NCBI GenBank assembly: GCA_965208905.1 | Contig: OZ242365.1 | Span: forward strand, 1,216,001 to 1,280,000 | From: Nitrosopumilaceae archaeon | GTDB lineage: Archaea > Thermoproteota > Nitrososphaeria > Nitrososphaerales > Nitrosopumilaceae | Direction of reading: 5' to 3' | Length of the DNA stretch: 64,000 nucleotides | Shown here: in pieces, positions 10,310-21,928 of the stretch | How the letters are laid out: every line of letters begins with the position of its first letter | Position numbering within the stretch: the stretch's first letter is position 1 | The notes under the pieces: generated by a model | Database searches by the model: none | What the model was told of the DNA's origin: nothing | What the model saw: the letters and a program-made list of their open reading frames with translations, nothing else | Program-made: the position numbers and the translations under genes

Positions 10310-11374
10310 TGTGTTTCGCTGAATTGGTGTACGCCCTATCTCACGAACTATCGTCGCCAGCTCATCTATGGATGAACCTGTTGGTTTGCCCGCAGCGCGA
10401 TATATCTCCTCAGAGAATGCAGTTCCAACAAGATCATTTCCACCATACGCCAAAGATACCTGAGCTATCTTCTTCCCATACGCTACCCAGTATACGGATA
10501 TGTTGTCCAGAACATTCGCTAACATTATTCTGGATACTGCCAATACTCGTAAATCGTATAGTGATGAACACTCCTCGGTCACCAGATTATTCTTCTCTAG
10601 TTCAGTATTGTCTAGACTAAACTTCAACGGAATAAAAGTGATGAAACCCCCAGTCTCTTTCTGCAGATCTCGTATCTTTATGAGATGATCAATCACATGT
10701 TCAGGCTTCTCTACATGACCATACAACATTGTAACATTACTCCGTATGCCCAACTCATGAGCCTGTCGTATAGTGTCTAACCACTCTTGGCCAGTACACT
10801 TACCTCTTACGATCTTTGTTCGTATATCTGGATGAAATAACTCCGCTCCACCACCAGGCATTGTGTCTAAACCGGCCTCCTTTAATCGCAAGAGTATCTC
10901 CGAAACTGAGTTTTTTGTAAGCTTTGAGAGAAAAAATATTTCTGCTGCCGTAAAGGCCTTTATGTTTAGAGATGGATGCTTCTCTTTTATGATCTTCATC
11001 ATATCTTCATAGTACTCTAGCGGAAGTGTTGGATGAAATCCTCCCACTATGTGCACTTCGGTGGCGCCCATCTGCTTGGCAATTGATACCCTCTGTTCTA
11101 TCTGTGATGGTGTCAGTACGTAGGCGTCCTCTTCATCTCCCTTTCTATAAAAGGCACACATCTGACAACTAGCTGCGCAAACATTGGTATAGTTCATGTA
11201 ATATGATGCGGCAAACGTTACTGCATCGCCCACCTGTCTTCGACGTATGGTGTCAGCCACCGCCCCCAACTCGTGTAGACTTGCAGACATCAATTCTATG
11301 CCGTCATCAAATGAGAGTTCGTCCATTGATATGGCACGTTCCAATGACCTCCTGCTACCTACAATCTGTGACAT
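10283..11374 (-). CDS. mqnE: Radical SAM enzyme, CofH/MqnE family (aminofutalosine synthase-like)
   Basis: YTNVCAASCQMCAF (CxxxCxxC), IKAFTAAEI, MPGGGAE, TMLYGHVE. Confidence 0.75.
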   Translation of the reverse strand: MSQIVGSRRSLERAISMDELSFDDGIELMSASLHELGAVADTIRRRQVGDAVTFAASYYMNYTNVCAASCQMCAFYRKGDEEDAYVLTPSQIEQRVSIAKQMGATEVHIVGGFHPTLPLEYYEDMMKIIKEKHPSLNIKAFTAAEIFFLSKLTKNSVSEILLRLKEAGLDTMPGGGAELFHPDIRTKIVRGKCTGQEWLDTIRQAHELGIRSNVTMLYGHVEKPEHVIDHLIKIRDLQKETGGFITFIPLKFSLDNTELEKNNLVTEECSSLYDLRVLAVSRIMLANVLDNISVYWVAYGKKIAQVSLAYGGNDLVGTAFSEEIYRAAGKPTGSSIDELATIVREIGRTPIQRNTLFQKVRTL

Positions 11375-11468
11375 GATTTGATACTTTTTGATACTGATAT
11401 ATTCTTTAAGAATCTCATGCATTACAAATGGTATAAAAAGAACCATTATACAACATATGACAATGGTG

Positions 11469-11624
11469 ATGCCTCTGGTAAATGAAAACCTACCAAAATG
11501 CTACATATGTCATCGTATCTTTCCAGATATGGAGAGCCTATGCAAGCATCTGCAAGAAGCTCACCCAAATGTAATATCTGCACACAGGTCGGAACCGGCT
11601 CCTGGTGATGTCACCGTATTTTGA
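11469..11624 (+). CDS. Small C2H2 zinc-finger protein
   Basis: CYICHRIF...LCKHLQEAH. Confidence 0.65.
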   Translation: MPLVNENLPKCYICHRIFPDMESLCKHLQEAHPNVISAHRSEPAPGDVTVF

Positions 11625-11894
11625 TATAAACAAGAGCATATCTGAAACTATATCACATGTAACTAGAGATGTATCTTGATATGATTGTAAGGTTTCGGCC
11701 AGTCCGAAAGTCCGTTGTGGCGTGTTACGATCTCGCACCACTCAAGAAGAGCAACCAATCTGAAAGACTATCTCATAGGTGTATTATCGCCCAACTTTGT
11801 GGGACGGCCCTGCATTATATAGCTGGATACATACATTGATGGTACAGCAAAGAATCGTTTAAACCAAATATATGAAAAATACACCCGATATGTA

Positions 11895-12998
11895 ATGGGA
11901 ATACCAGAAAAGATAAAGGCCATACAAGATGAGATGGCTCGTACTCAGATAAACAAAGCCACAGAACACCACATAGGTCTACTAAAAGCCAAGATAGCAA
12001 AACTCAAACGGGAGCAGGAAGAGCAGATTACAAAAAAGTCAGGCACAAAACAAGATGGCTTTGATGTACGTCGCAGTGGTGATGCGACAGTAGTGTTCAT
12101 AGGGTTACCCAGTGTAGGAAAGTCGACACTACTAAACCAACTTACTGGAGCCAAGTCTGCGGTGGGCTCTTTTCAATTTACAACACTTACGGTAGTACCA
12201 GGAATGATGGAATATCAGGGAGCTCGAATACAGATCTTGGACCTACCTGGAATCATCAAAGGAGCTTCAACCGGTAGGGGCCTTGGCAAACGCATACTCT
12301 CGGTAGCCCGAAGCGCCGATCTGGTATTACTCATACTAGACGTATTTCAGCCGTATCATGAGGCAGTACTGGTGGAAGAGCTAGGTAATATGGGCATACG
12401 TCTCAATACATTGCCACCAAATATGATCGTTGAGCGAGCTAACTCGGGTGGCATAGCGGTGGCCCAACAAACAAAGCTTACCCATATAGATGAAAAGCAC
12501 ATTCGGGACATGTTGCATCTGTATGGTGTGATAAATGCTCGTGTGGTAGTGCGTGAGGATATAACCTCAGAACAACTCGCAGATCATATGGCGGGAAATG
12601 TAGTATACGCTAAGGCTCTCACTGTATTAAATAAGATTGATCTCGTTGATGCGGAATTTGTTGCAAGAGTGACTGATTCTATAAAGTCAAACATTGTGCC
12701 AGTCTCGGCTAACTCTGCAGTCAACATTGATTTGCTGCGCAAAACGATATACGGCAGACTCGACTTTATTCGTATATATATGCGGCCCAAAGGTGGACCC
12801 ACCGACTATGATGAGCCATTAATAGTTCGTTCGGGGGATACTGTCGAGGATGTGTGTAATAAATTGCACAGAAATATGCGCAAAGAGTTCCGATATGGGC
12901 TTGTCTGGGGTAGGAGTGTAAGATATGGTGGTCAACGTGTTGGCATTACGCATACACTCTTGGATGAAGATGTTTTAACCATAATAAAGAGAAGATAA
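11895..12998 (+). CDS. DRG-family GTPase with TGS domain
   Basis: QINKATEHH, GLPSVGKSTL, FTTL, DLPGII, NKID, C-terminal TGS. Confidence 0.95.
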   Translation: MGIPEKIKAIQDEMARTQINKATEHHIGLLKAKIAKLKREQEEQITKKSGTKQDGFDVRRSGDATVVFIGLPSVGKSTLLNQLTGAKSAVGSFQFTTLTVVPGMMEYQGARIQILDLPGIIKGASTGRGLGKRILSVARSADLVLLILDVFQPYHEAVLVEELGNMGIRLNTLPPNMIVERANSGGIAVAQQTKLTHIDEKHIRDMLHLYGVINARVVVREDITSEQLADHMAGNVVYAKALTVLNKIDLVDAEFVARVTDSIKSNIVPVSANSAVNIDLLRKTIYGRLDFIRIYMRPKGGPTDYDEPLIVRSGDTVEDVCNKLHRNMRKEFRYGLVWGRSVRYGGQRVGITHTLLDEDVLTIIKRR

Positions 12999-13011
12999 TC
13001 ATGCAATATGA

Positions 13012-15118
13012 TCAATACATGCGACTCATGAGTCGTATCTGCTCATCGGTTGTTATGGTACCCTTGGCTACTAGAATCTCCAACAACTCTTTGAGTATGG
13101 TCTGACACTTCTCTAACTCTTCATCACTACCAGCATCACCTATTGGTCCTGCCGGCCCTTTTGGACCCTTCTCACCTGCCGGCCCTGTTGGTCCTGCCGG
13201 CCCTGCCGTACCTTGCTCGCCTTGGGGTCCTGGTGGCCCCGAAGCTCCACGTTCACCTTGTAATCCTTGAACACCTTGTGGTCCACGTATACCTTTCTCG
13301 CCAGGTAGTCCTTGCGGTCCTACGGGTCCTTTGGCGCCCACAGGCCCTGCCGGGCCCCGCACACCAATAGGCCCTTTCTCCCCCTGCTCACCAATGGGAC
13401 CAGGAAGTCCACGCTCGCCCTTCTCACCAGTAGGTCCAGTCGGTCCTTTCTCTCCTACTGGTCCTGACAGACCCTTGTTGCCTAGCGCACCAGTAGGTCC
13501 AGTAGGCCCTTTCTCTCCAAGAGCGCCTTTATCGCCAGTATTACCTTTATCACCAGTCAGGCCTTTTTCGCCTTTATCGCCCACCGGCCCTTGTGGTCCA
13601 CGCTCACCTTTATCGCCCACAGGACCTTTATCACCAGTCAGGCCTTTTTCGCCTTTATCGCCCACCGGCCCTTGTGGTCCACGTTCACCTTTATCGCCCA
13701 CAGGACCCTTCTCACCCTTATCTCCAGTTAGTCCTTGATCGTCCACGCTCACCTTTATCGCCCACAGGACCCTTCTCACCCTTATCTCCAGTTAGTCCTT
13801 GATCGCCTTTTAGACCATCAGGCCCCGGTGGACCCTTTACTCCTTTATCACCTTTATCACCCTTATCCCCAGTGAGTCCCTTATCGCCTTTATCGCCCAC
13901 CGGCCCTTGTGGTCCACGCTCACCTTTATCGCCCACAGGACCTTTATCACCAGTCAGGCCTTTTTCGCCTTTATCGCCCACAGGACCTTGCGAACCCTTT
14001 ACTCCTTTATCACCCTTATCACCCTTATCACCAGTCAGGCCTTTTTCGCCTTTATCGCCCACAGGACCTTGCGAACCCTTTACTCCTTTATCACCCTTAT
14101 CACCCTTATCACCAGTCAGGCCTTTTTCGCCTTTATCGCCCACAGGACCTTGCGAACCCTTTACTCCTTTATCACCCTTATCACCCTTATCACCAGTCAG
14201 GCCTTTTTCGCCTTTATCACCCACCGGCCCTTGTGGTCCACGCTCACCTTTATCGCCCACCGGCCCTTTATCACCAGTCGGCCCTTTCTCTCCTCGATCA
14301 CCTCGTAGACCAACAGATCCACGGTCTCCCATGACCCCACGGTCTCCCGGTAGTCCAGGCGGTCCAGGTGATCCTGCTGGCCCAACAACGCCTTTCTCGC
14401 CCTGCGGCCCAGGAAGCCCCTTCTCGCCACGATCGCCCCGCAGACCTACCGGTCCAGGAGGCCCCGGCGGTCCACGTGAACCCACCGGCCCTTGCGGCCC
14501 CGCAGATCCCGGCGGCCCCGCAGGCCCTTGCGGCCCAGTGGGCCCTACAGACCCTTGCGGACCTACCTTTCCCGCAGGCCCCGGCGGCCCAGCCGGTCCC
14601 GCAATACCAGGCAACCCCGGAATTCCCGGCGGCCCTTGCGGCCCGCGTCTTTCCACAACTTGAGCAGAATCTGTTGAACTTACAGAGTCCGTGTCACTAT
14701 CGTCTGTGTTTGATGGCGGAACTTCAGGCTCAGGAGGCTCATCAGGTGGAATTGGTAACACGTCATTGGATATAATGGATGGCTCATAAGATTTATCGAA
14801 TGTATGTTCCACATATTGATCAGTCGCGATATCTACTATCGAGTAGTTATTCGAAAATATGTCTTTGATCACCACCCACGCGGAACTCTCTACAAATACA
14901 GACTCTGGTAGTGGATTGCTATCATCTCCCAAAGTTATGGTAAATGTACCGCCATCGACTCTTAGGTGAAACTGCCCGTCCCATAGTGACGAAATATCAT
15001 TGGATATAATTGACTCCTTAGTGGGGTTGATTGAGCAAATTGTAACATGTACTTCATACACGCCATTTTTATCAAATGGTGCTTTTCCGGATATCTGAAT
15101 GGATGATGGGTATCGCAT
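13012..15118 (-). CDS. Collagen-like (Gly-X-Y) protein split by a frameshifting 64-bp duplication
   Basis: ORFs 13718-15118 and 13012-13779 both consist of long GXY repeats; frame changes at the duplication 13677-13804. Confidence 0.85.
13677..13804. repeat. 64-bp tandem duplication (1 mismatch)
   Basis: 13677-13740 equals 13741-13804 except ACGTT vs ACGCT. Confidence 0.9.
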
Positions 15119-15235
15119 AACATCCTTCTCTTATCCATGTTATTTTTACTTTTTTAAATAAAAAACCACATAACCCAAATTTTACATTGTAGTATATGGA
15201 AATTATGCCCGCGAGTAATTTGACTCTACTACCAT

Positions 15236-15440
15236 CTAGTTGAGGCCCTTTGCCTTGGTCTCCTCGGCCGCTTTCCTGGCCGAGAACGCCTTGAGCGGAG
15301 TCTCGTAGTTGGCTATGTCCAGCGAAAAGTGGAGTCACCTCTCGTTGTAATACTCGATATACTCGGGCAGGCTCTCGTAGTGGCCTATCTCTTCCTCGAT
15401 GGTTCTGTGGAACCGCTCAAGATTACTGTTCGTTTGGGGG
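15236..15440 (-). pseudogene. IS481/IS3-like integrase-core C-terminal fragment
   Basis: PQTNSNLERFHRTIEEE...YIEYYNER*LHFSL with internal stop. Confidence 0.7.
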
Positions 15441-15606
15441 TGTCTGGGGGCTTTTTACAACTAGGCAGTCATGATACATTACAATTAGGACGCAACTATG
15501 GATTTATTGGATCGATTTTTCCAACTATCTAGAGATGATGCAAACTAGGTGAGATTGTTCTGTACCACTGGCAGAAAAATCCAATTCGCGAATAATATTT
15601 AACAGG

Positions 15607-16791
15607 ATGATGTCTTATAATACTATGATGGATTTGACTGATGACACTCAAAAAAAACATACCAAAGATGATACTCAAAACTCACTCAAAAGTAGCCTAA
15701 AAGTGTCCAAGACTGATGTGACACCATTAACAGATGAGGATTACAATCGCAAGAAACTCTTCAAAAAAGGCGTCAATTTAATGGCCGACGAAAAACTTGA
15801 GGATGCATGCGAAGCATTCGAGCAGGCATTACGCATTGATCCCAAGAATATTGAAACATTATTGAAATTAGGATATGCCAGATTTCATATAGGACAGCAT
15901 ACAGAGGCATTGGCTGCCTATGATCAGGTATTGAATATTGACATAACTCACCCCGAAGCCTGGAACTTAAAGTCACTGGTGGACTATGAGAAAGAGAACT
16001 ACTCAAAAGCATTAGATGCTGTACAGAATGCAGTGGACTCGGATCCTAATTTTGGCATGGCATGGTACAACAAGGCGTGTTATCTGTCACTACTAAATCA
16101 AGTTCCTGAGTCGTTGGAGGCACTCAAGAGATCTATCGAAATAGATGTAAAGAACGCTCGTAAGGCCGTTAAAGACCGTGATTTTATCAATGTCCGTATA
16201 GAAGAAGGTTTTAGACGAATAATTGAGGTTGTGGTGTTAGAGTCGATACGACAGGGCTATCATACATTGGGCTCCATAGTCTGGACTACCCTCTTAAAAA
16301 AATCCGATGTGGAGGAAGCCCTGGCAAAACTACTGGAGAAAGGTTTGATCATACAAAATGAAAAACGTGAAGGCTTTCATCGTATACCTATATATGATCT
16401 AGTAAAGCATATCAGCGACAGAGTGACTGTCGAGAAGCGAGGATTTTTGGGTTTGACACGTAAAAAACTGACTGGCCCAATACAGAGTTTCAGAATGCTC
16501 AGCGAGTCTGTCCAGTTAGCAAAGAATACAATAGAAGAGGAAGATGTGGAAGGAACAATAAAAAGTTTGGACGTGTTTGTGAACTCAGACAAGTGCGGAC
16601 CGATCATGATAGAACAGTTCTTTGAAGAGCACAGGGATATTCGCCTGTGGCGTGCCCGGCTTGATCATAGAGGCAGAGACTATCTGATAGAGCACAAAGA
16701 ACGAATGCTAAACGTATTGGAGAATATAGGAGCTAGTGTGACAAAAAAGATGCGTAATGACTCTGACTATTCGTCAGACAAACTCCAATAA
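15607..16791 (+). CDS. Tetratricopeptide repeat protein
   Basis: Several TPRs (AFEQALRIDP, AWYNKACY..L). Confidence 0.9.
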   Translation: MMSYNTMMDLTDDTQKKHTKDDTQNSLKSSLKVSKTDVTPLTDEDYNRKKLFKKGVNLMADEKLEDACEAFEQALRIDPKNIETLLKLGYARFHIGQHTEALAAYDQVLNIDITHPEAWNLKSLVDYEKENYSKALDAVQNAVDSDPNFGMAWYNKACYLSLLNQVPESLEALKRSIEIDVKNARKAVKDRDFINVRIEEGFRRIIEVVVLESIRQGYHTLGSIVWTTLLKKSDVEEALAKLLEKGLIIQNEKREGFHRIPIYDLVKHISDRVTVEKRGFLGLTRKKLTGPIQSFRMLSESVQLAKNTIEEEDVEGTIKSLDVFVNSDKCGPIMIEQFFEEHRDIRLWRARLDHRGRDYLIEHKERMLNVLENIGASVTKKMRNDSDYSSDKLQ

Positions 16792-17027
16792 TTGATCATT
16801 ATACGTAATGTATCGCTATGTATGCGGACGTTCTATCAAGAATACTTGTAGTACTATCATACATGCCTGGCCTGTCAGCTCACTGACAACTCCTTAGAGT
16901 TATCCATGCCGGAAACGGCAACAAGGGATTTAGAGTAGTGACATTGCTGATACTCCAGTGTAGATACAACCGAAGATTCTGTGTTGTTACCTGCTGAATA
17001 CTATTTCCATATGTGATATAACTACAG

Positions 17028-18815
17028 TCACGCGGCGCATTCGCCCCGACCGGTCTTTGTGTGATAACTGGCATCACTTCCATAGTCGGCAAAAAAGTCT
17101 GAATCCTCTTCTTTGGTGGGAGGTGTGGTTAGGGGAGCTAGGCGATTACGAATGTCTATAATTTTGATATCATCGGCATCTTGGCATACACGATGTAGCC
17201 AAGACTTTAAGGTGTCTCCTTTTTGAGCATGTTCTTTGAACATAGTAATCAACTGCAAGATTGCGGGAATTACGCGCTTTGCTGGCATGCGCAACAAATT
17301 CTTACCTAGCATTGCCTGACCATCCGCCCGACCTCCTATGGACATCATATATGATGGATACATTTCACGACCTAGTCTGCCACCACCTCCGAAGAATCCA
17401 ACAGTTGCAATTCCGTGCTGGCCACACGAATTGGGGCAACCACTTATTTTGATGGATGACTCTGCTAAAGACTCGTCTTTGTCCAACTCTAGATCTAGAA
17501 ACTTTCTTTGTATCTCTTTTGCCAAACGATGTGAATTGGTTAACGCCAAATTGCATGATGTTGTACCTGAACAGCCTATGGGCGCAGCCATCGTAAGGGC
17601 TCCAGATTTTGCCAAACCGGCCTCAGACATCTTTGTATATATCGACAACAAGTCGTCTTCGTGCACATATCGTATGGCAATATTTTGTACAAAACCCAAG
17701 CGTCCTACGCCCTCTGCTGAGAACTCACGTATCAACTCGGCTACCGTCCTTAGTTGTCCTGATGTGATGTCGCCAGCTTCAAGCATAACAAAGACGGTCC
17801 TATATCCGTCCTGTTTTTGTTTGAACGTGTTTGTAGACAACCATCTTGCATAGCCTGCGGGAACATTGCCATCCTGGTGATTTACCCTTAATGGTATCTT
17901 TATCTCATCGGTATCTAGGTTGACTGGTAGGCTCACCACGACAGACTGTGTGGCTCTTACTAAATCCCTCTCTTTTAGAACCAAGTTCTGGAACTTTGTC
18001 CAACCCATCTGATTAACTAAGTATCTGAGTCTATTACGTGGCATATTTTTACGATCACCTAATCGGTCAAATAATCTGACCACACTGATGGCAGTATACA
18101 GGACGTTCTCTTCTGGTGTGAAATCTTCCAGCTGGTGACCTACATATGACTTGTTTCCTAGACCGCCACCCACAAATACCTTGAAACCACGAACTTGCTT
18201 CCCATCCACCTCGATAATCTTTGGTATGAGACCAACATCGACTATACGTGCCATCCCATGCTCCTCACAACACGAGTAAGTGAATTTGAATTTACGAGGT
18301 AGATTTTGGTTCATTGGATTTCTCAGGAAGAATTTGGCAGTGGCCTGCGCATAAGGGGTTGCATCAAATGACTCATTGGGGCATACACCACACATGGGGC
18401 TACACATCACATTACGTATGGCATTACCACATGCTTCTCGGGATGTCATGCCTGCCTGTCCAAGTTCGCGAAACACTTCTGAGACATCTTCAAGGACTAC
18501 CCAGTGCAATTGTATGCTCTCCCGTGTGGATATGTGCGCACTCCCAATAGAGAATTGCTCGCTTATCTGAGATAATTTGTCCAGTTGGTGTGGATGTATC
18601 TGTCCTGCCGGTATCTTTACCCTTATCATTGCATAGTCGGATGTCATGCGGGTGCCATATGCGCCATGTTGCAGCCTATATCTACGAAACAGGTCTTCGG
18701 GAAACTTTCCTTGGCGGAACAGTTTCACTGTTCTGGCAAAATCTTCTGCTTCCTCCATCCGAGACCAGTCGATTACAGGTACATTCATCTTTTCTCGTAG
18801 ACTAGTCTGACTCAT
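17028..18815 (-). CDS. Ferredoxin-dependent sulfite/nitrite reductase (siroheme), copy 1
   Basis: LPRKFK, GCSGTTSCNLA and SGCPNSCGQH siroheme/4Fe-4S motifs, C-terminal GECAA. Confidence 0.92.
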   Translation of the reverse strand: MSQTSLREKMNVPVIDWSRMEEAEDFARTVKLFRQGKFPEDLFRRYRLQHGAYGTRMTSDYAMIRVKIPAGQIHPHQLDKLSQISEQFSIGSAHISTRESIQLHWVVLEDVSEVFRELGQAGMTSREACGNAIRNVMCSPMCGVCPNESFDATPYAQATAKFFLRNPMNQNLPRKFKFTYSCCEEHGMARIVDVGLIPKIIEVDGKQVRGFKVFVGGGLGNKSYVGHQLEDFTPEENVLYTAISVVRLFDRLGDRKNMPRNRLRYLVNQMGWTKFQNLVLKERDLVRATQSVVVSLPVNLDTDEIKIPLRVNHQDGNVPAGYARWLSTNTFKQKQDGYRTVFVMLEAGDITSGQLRTVAELIREFSAEGVGRLGFVQNIAIRYVHEDDLLSIYTKMSEAGLAKSGALTMAAPIGCSGTTSCNLALTNSHRLAKEIQRKFLDLELDKDESLAESSIKISGCPNSCGQHGIATVGFFGGGGRLGREMYPSYMMSIGGRADGQAMLGKNLLRMPAKRVIPAILQLITMFKEHAQKGDTLKSWLHRVCQDADDIKIIDIRNRLAPLTTPPTKEEDSDFFADYGSDASYHTKTGRGECAA

Positions 18816-19003
18816 GCGTAGGCATCTTCTCTGCACCATTTATAAATTTTTGAACAGCGGAAAGTTTTGGACCAAGTCGATACATGATGTCAAAAATGAC
18901 TGGATTCTTATTTATAAAAAGTCTAGATGAGATGCCTCTGCGCAACCATTTCTATAGATATCTAGACATAAAGCAATATATCAAATCAGGCTGCTTTACA
19001 ATC

Positions 19004-19528
19004 ATGAAGATATACACAAAGGGTGGTGATTCTGGAATGACTGGCCTGCAGGGAGGCAAACGAGTTTCAAAGTCAAGCAGGCGTATAGCTGCATACGGAT
19101 CTCTTGATGAAGCCAACGCCATCATAGGGATGGCTATTGCAACGGGAACATATGAACAGATACAGACCATATTGAATCGCATACAAAACGATCTCTTTAT
19201 TTTGGGCGCCGATATGTCAAACCCTGACCTTACAATAAAGACAAACCGCATTACCACAGAGATGATTACTTCTTTAGAACATAACATAGATGAGATAGAC
19301 AAGACATTGCCGCCTCTGACCAACTTTATACTGCCGGGCGGTACAGTCGCCGGCTCTATATTGCATGTTGCTCGTGCAGTGGTACGTCGTGCTGAAACTC
19401 ATATGGCTCATATGTTGGGCGATATGAACCCGTTATGTCTGGTGTATGTCAACCGCCTATCAGACTTACTCTTTGTATTGGCCCGTGCATCTAATGTGGG
19501 TAAAACCGAGAGTATCTGGAGACCCTAA
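19004..19528 (+). CDS. PduO-type cob(I)alamin adenosyltransferase
   Basis: KIYTKGGDSG.T, AYGSLDEAN, FILPGG, RRAE, NRLSDLLF. Confidence 0.95.
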   Translation: MKIYTKGGDSGMTGLQGGKRVSKSSRRIAAYGSLDEANAIIGMAIATGTYEQIQTILNRIQNDLFILGADMSNPDLTIKTNRITTEMITSLEHNIDEIDKTLPPLTNFILPGGTVAGSILHVARAVVRRAETHMAHMLGDMNPLCLVYVNRLSDLLFVLARASNVGKTESIWRP

Positions 19529-19714
19529 GATGTACTTTGTAAATTTTGACGTGTCTGTCTTTGAAGTGTAGTAATATGGCCCTGTTACACACACTGCCAA
19601 AGTGTACAATAGTTTAGTCCATACTGATTACAGGAGAGATTAACCGTAATACTGCAAAACCACCTGACAAATATGGAATACTTTATTTTCCCCTGAAATT
19701 TTGATATTATATGT

Positions 19715-19791
19715 GCCAGGGTAGCTCAGCCCGGGAGAGCACTCGGCTGAAGACCGAGCTGTCGCGCGTTCAAATCTCGCCCCTGGCACCA
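19715..19791 (+). tRNA. tRNA-Phe (GAA), with genomic CCA
   Basis: Acceptor GCCAGGG/CCCTGGC, anticodon arm CTCGG-CTGAAGA-CCGAG, T loop TTCAAAT. Confidence 0.96.
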
Positions 19792-20291
19792 ATATCTAAA
19801 TCGTATTTATGCCTGCGATCTTTATCTGAGAGTACTTCGTATGCCTCATTTATTTTGACCATGTCTGTATCAGAGTCCTCACCACTGATATCTGGATGTA
19901 GACTCTTTACTAGTTGACGATATCGAGATTTTATCTCTTCGGATGTGGCGTCATGTGATACGCCCAATATCTCATAGTAGTTTGGCAGGTCCTGACGAGT
20001 ATGTTTGCTTGAATTGTATTCTTCGTAGTCATCCTGCCAGCCTGAGTGGTATTTTTCATAATCCCGATTCTTTTTTGATTCAAAGTTACGTTGATCATAA
20101 TCTGTACGAATACGTCGTATGCTATCTCTTGCTAGATATAGAAATAATGCAATGACCGCTACGATAAATATTACAAATACAATCATGACCTCTTGTGGTG
20201 ATATTGTATCACCATCTTGGGCCCATGCAGGTGTAATACTAGATAAAGCAACTAAAAGTACCATTACATAATACTGTCGCATCACAATCAT
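19770..20291 (-). CDS. Membrane-anchored DnaJ-domain protein
   Basis: Signal peptide plus TM; NYYEILGV...LHPD...INEAYEVLSD. Confidence 0.9.
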   Translation of the reverse strand: MIVMRQYYVMVLLVALSSITPAWAQDGDTISPQEVMIVFVIFIVAVIALFLYLARDSIRRIRTDYDQRNFESKKNRDYEKYHSGWQDDYEEYNSSKHTRQDLPNYYEILGVSHDATSEEIKSRYRQLVKSLHPDISGEDSDTDMVKINEAYEVLSDKDRRHKYDLDIGARGEI

Positions 20292-21094
20292 ACTACCTCA
20301 TTATATTATAGAGTTTGTGTGTAATGGCGCAACTTGATAGCATCATGTTGCCTTGACCTGCTCTGAGATCTGTGGGTGGTGTCGCTCATGCATCGCCAAA
20401 CTTAAACATGACTGTATCTGTCGCGTCTACAACGACACTCAAAATAAGAAAAAAGTTAAACGATTACTTTGATCGTTTAGCAGTAATTGCAAGCCAATAT
20501 ACAAGGCCAGGAGCTAAACCGACAATTAATGGTATCCATACTGGCCATCCGTCTATTACATCTGCCATACGAAATACTGGCCATGCATCATATTAAAATG
20601 TTGTGAAATTGGGTTTTTTCCTCAGATGCATGTGTGAATAAAAACATGAATAAATCCACAACCACCTTTCTGTAATATGGCACTATATGATTCAAAGAAG
20701 TGATCAAAAATGACGTATATATGCGAGATGTATACATGGATTACATACTCAATTGTCTTGGGACGCGTGGTAGAAGTTATGATGTTGACTCGTCTATTTA
20801 TCATCCAGCACGTAGTCTCAAAACCCACAACATAATGTTCAATATTATACATGACACAGTGAGGTTTATTGGTGCAGATGTGCCTCAAAGTTGTGCGTAT
20901 GACATCATCATATATCCACACGATGTCGACACTCACTGTATCCGGGTATGTGGTCGCGAGGCTTCGACCAATCTAGAAATATTTCATAGTCCTACATGCC
21001 GTATTGTCTACTGAAGTTGACACTGTGACGTTTCATACATTACCTTTGCAGGATGCGCCTATGACACATATTAGATATCCATTTCATATGTGTC

Positions 21095-21928
21095 ATGACT
21101 GGCACATACTACACATTCATGCCTGTACGTAATACCGAAAAATCAATACAGGCTGTTATCGACAGTCTATTGGAACAGACACTGCCTCCTAAAGAGATAA
21201 TAGTTGTTAATGATGGTTCAACTGATAAAACTGGAGACATACTCCGAGAGTATCAAAATAGTGCACCAGTCAAGATTATTACCACTGATAGCAAGACGCG
21301 AGACTATACAAGACTAGTAAGACTTTGGAACATGTGTTTGCAGCGTGACTATGATTATCACATGGTATCTCCTGGTGATACAATATTTCAGAAAGACTAT
21401 GCTGAAATAATTGTAAACGCCATGGATAAAGACTCAAAATTGGTCATTGCATCTGGAAACCTGCAAACAGAGAAGGCGGGGGACCCACGTGGAGCAGGGC
21501 GGTTTGTTCAACAAAATTTTTTCTACAAATTTTACAAAAAATACCCGGAAATAGTTGGATATGAGTCAGAGATCTTATTCAAAGCACAGATTCACGGATA
21601 CAAAGTTTTTGTTTTTGACGCAGCTAGGTTTGAACATGTAGATAAACTTGGACACAAACACAACTTTGTAGATTTTGGCCAAGGAATGAAGGCAATTGGA
21701 TATCATCCACTATTTGTGCTAGGGAGAACCCTGAACGAGATAAAAAAGAATGGCGATATGGGTAGAAAGGGGGCCATCAACATGCTTTGGAATTATATCA
21801 AATATAGACCAGAACGGGAGGGTTATTTCTCACTATTTCCTCAAGACGATAGAGAGCGCGTTCGTAGCATGCAGAAGCGTAGGATGTGGCAATACGTAAA
21901 AGATGCATTTACTAGATTTAAAGAGTAA
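21095..21928 (+). CDS. Glycosyltransferase family 2
   Basis: MPVRN, IIVVNDGSTD. Confidence 0.9.
   Translation: MTGTYYTFMPVRNTEKSIQAVIDSLLEQTLPPKEIIVVNDGSTDKTGDILREYQNSAPVKIITTDSKTRDYTRLVRLWNMCLQRDYDYHMVSPGDTIFQKDYAEIIVNAMDKDSKLVIASGNLQTEKAGDPRGAGRFVQQNFFYKFYKKYPEIVGYESEILFKAQIHGYKVFVFDAARFEHVDKLGHKHNFVDFGQGMKAIGYHPLFVLGRTLNEIKKNGDMGRKGAINMLWNYIKYRPEREGYFSLFPQDDRERVRSMQKRRMWQYVKDAFTRFKE

Noticed and set aside
13331-14775. Plus-strand Pro/Ser-rich ORFs
   Set aside because: Antisense shadows of the collagen repeat.
16800-17027. Possible decayed sulfurtransferase after reductase copy 1
   Set aside because: No motif could be recovered.
20372-21014. Short ORFs between the DnaJ and GT2 genes
   Set aside because: No recognisable motif; possibly a decayed gene, but not supportable.
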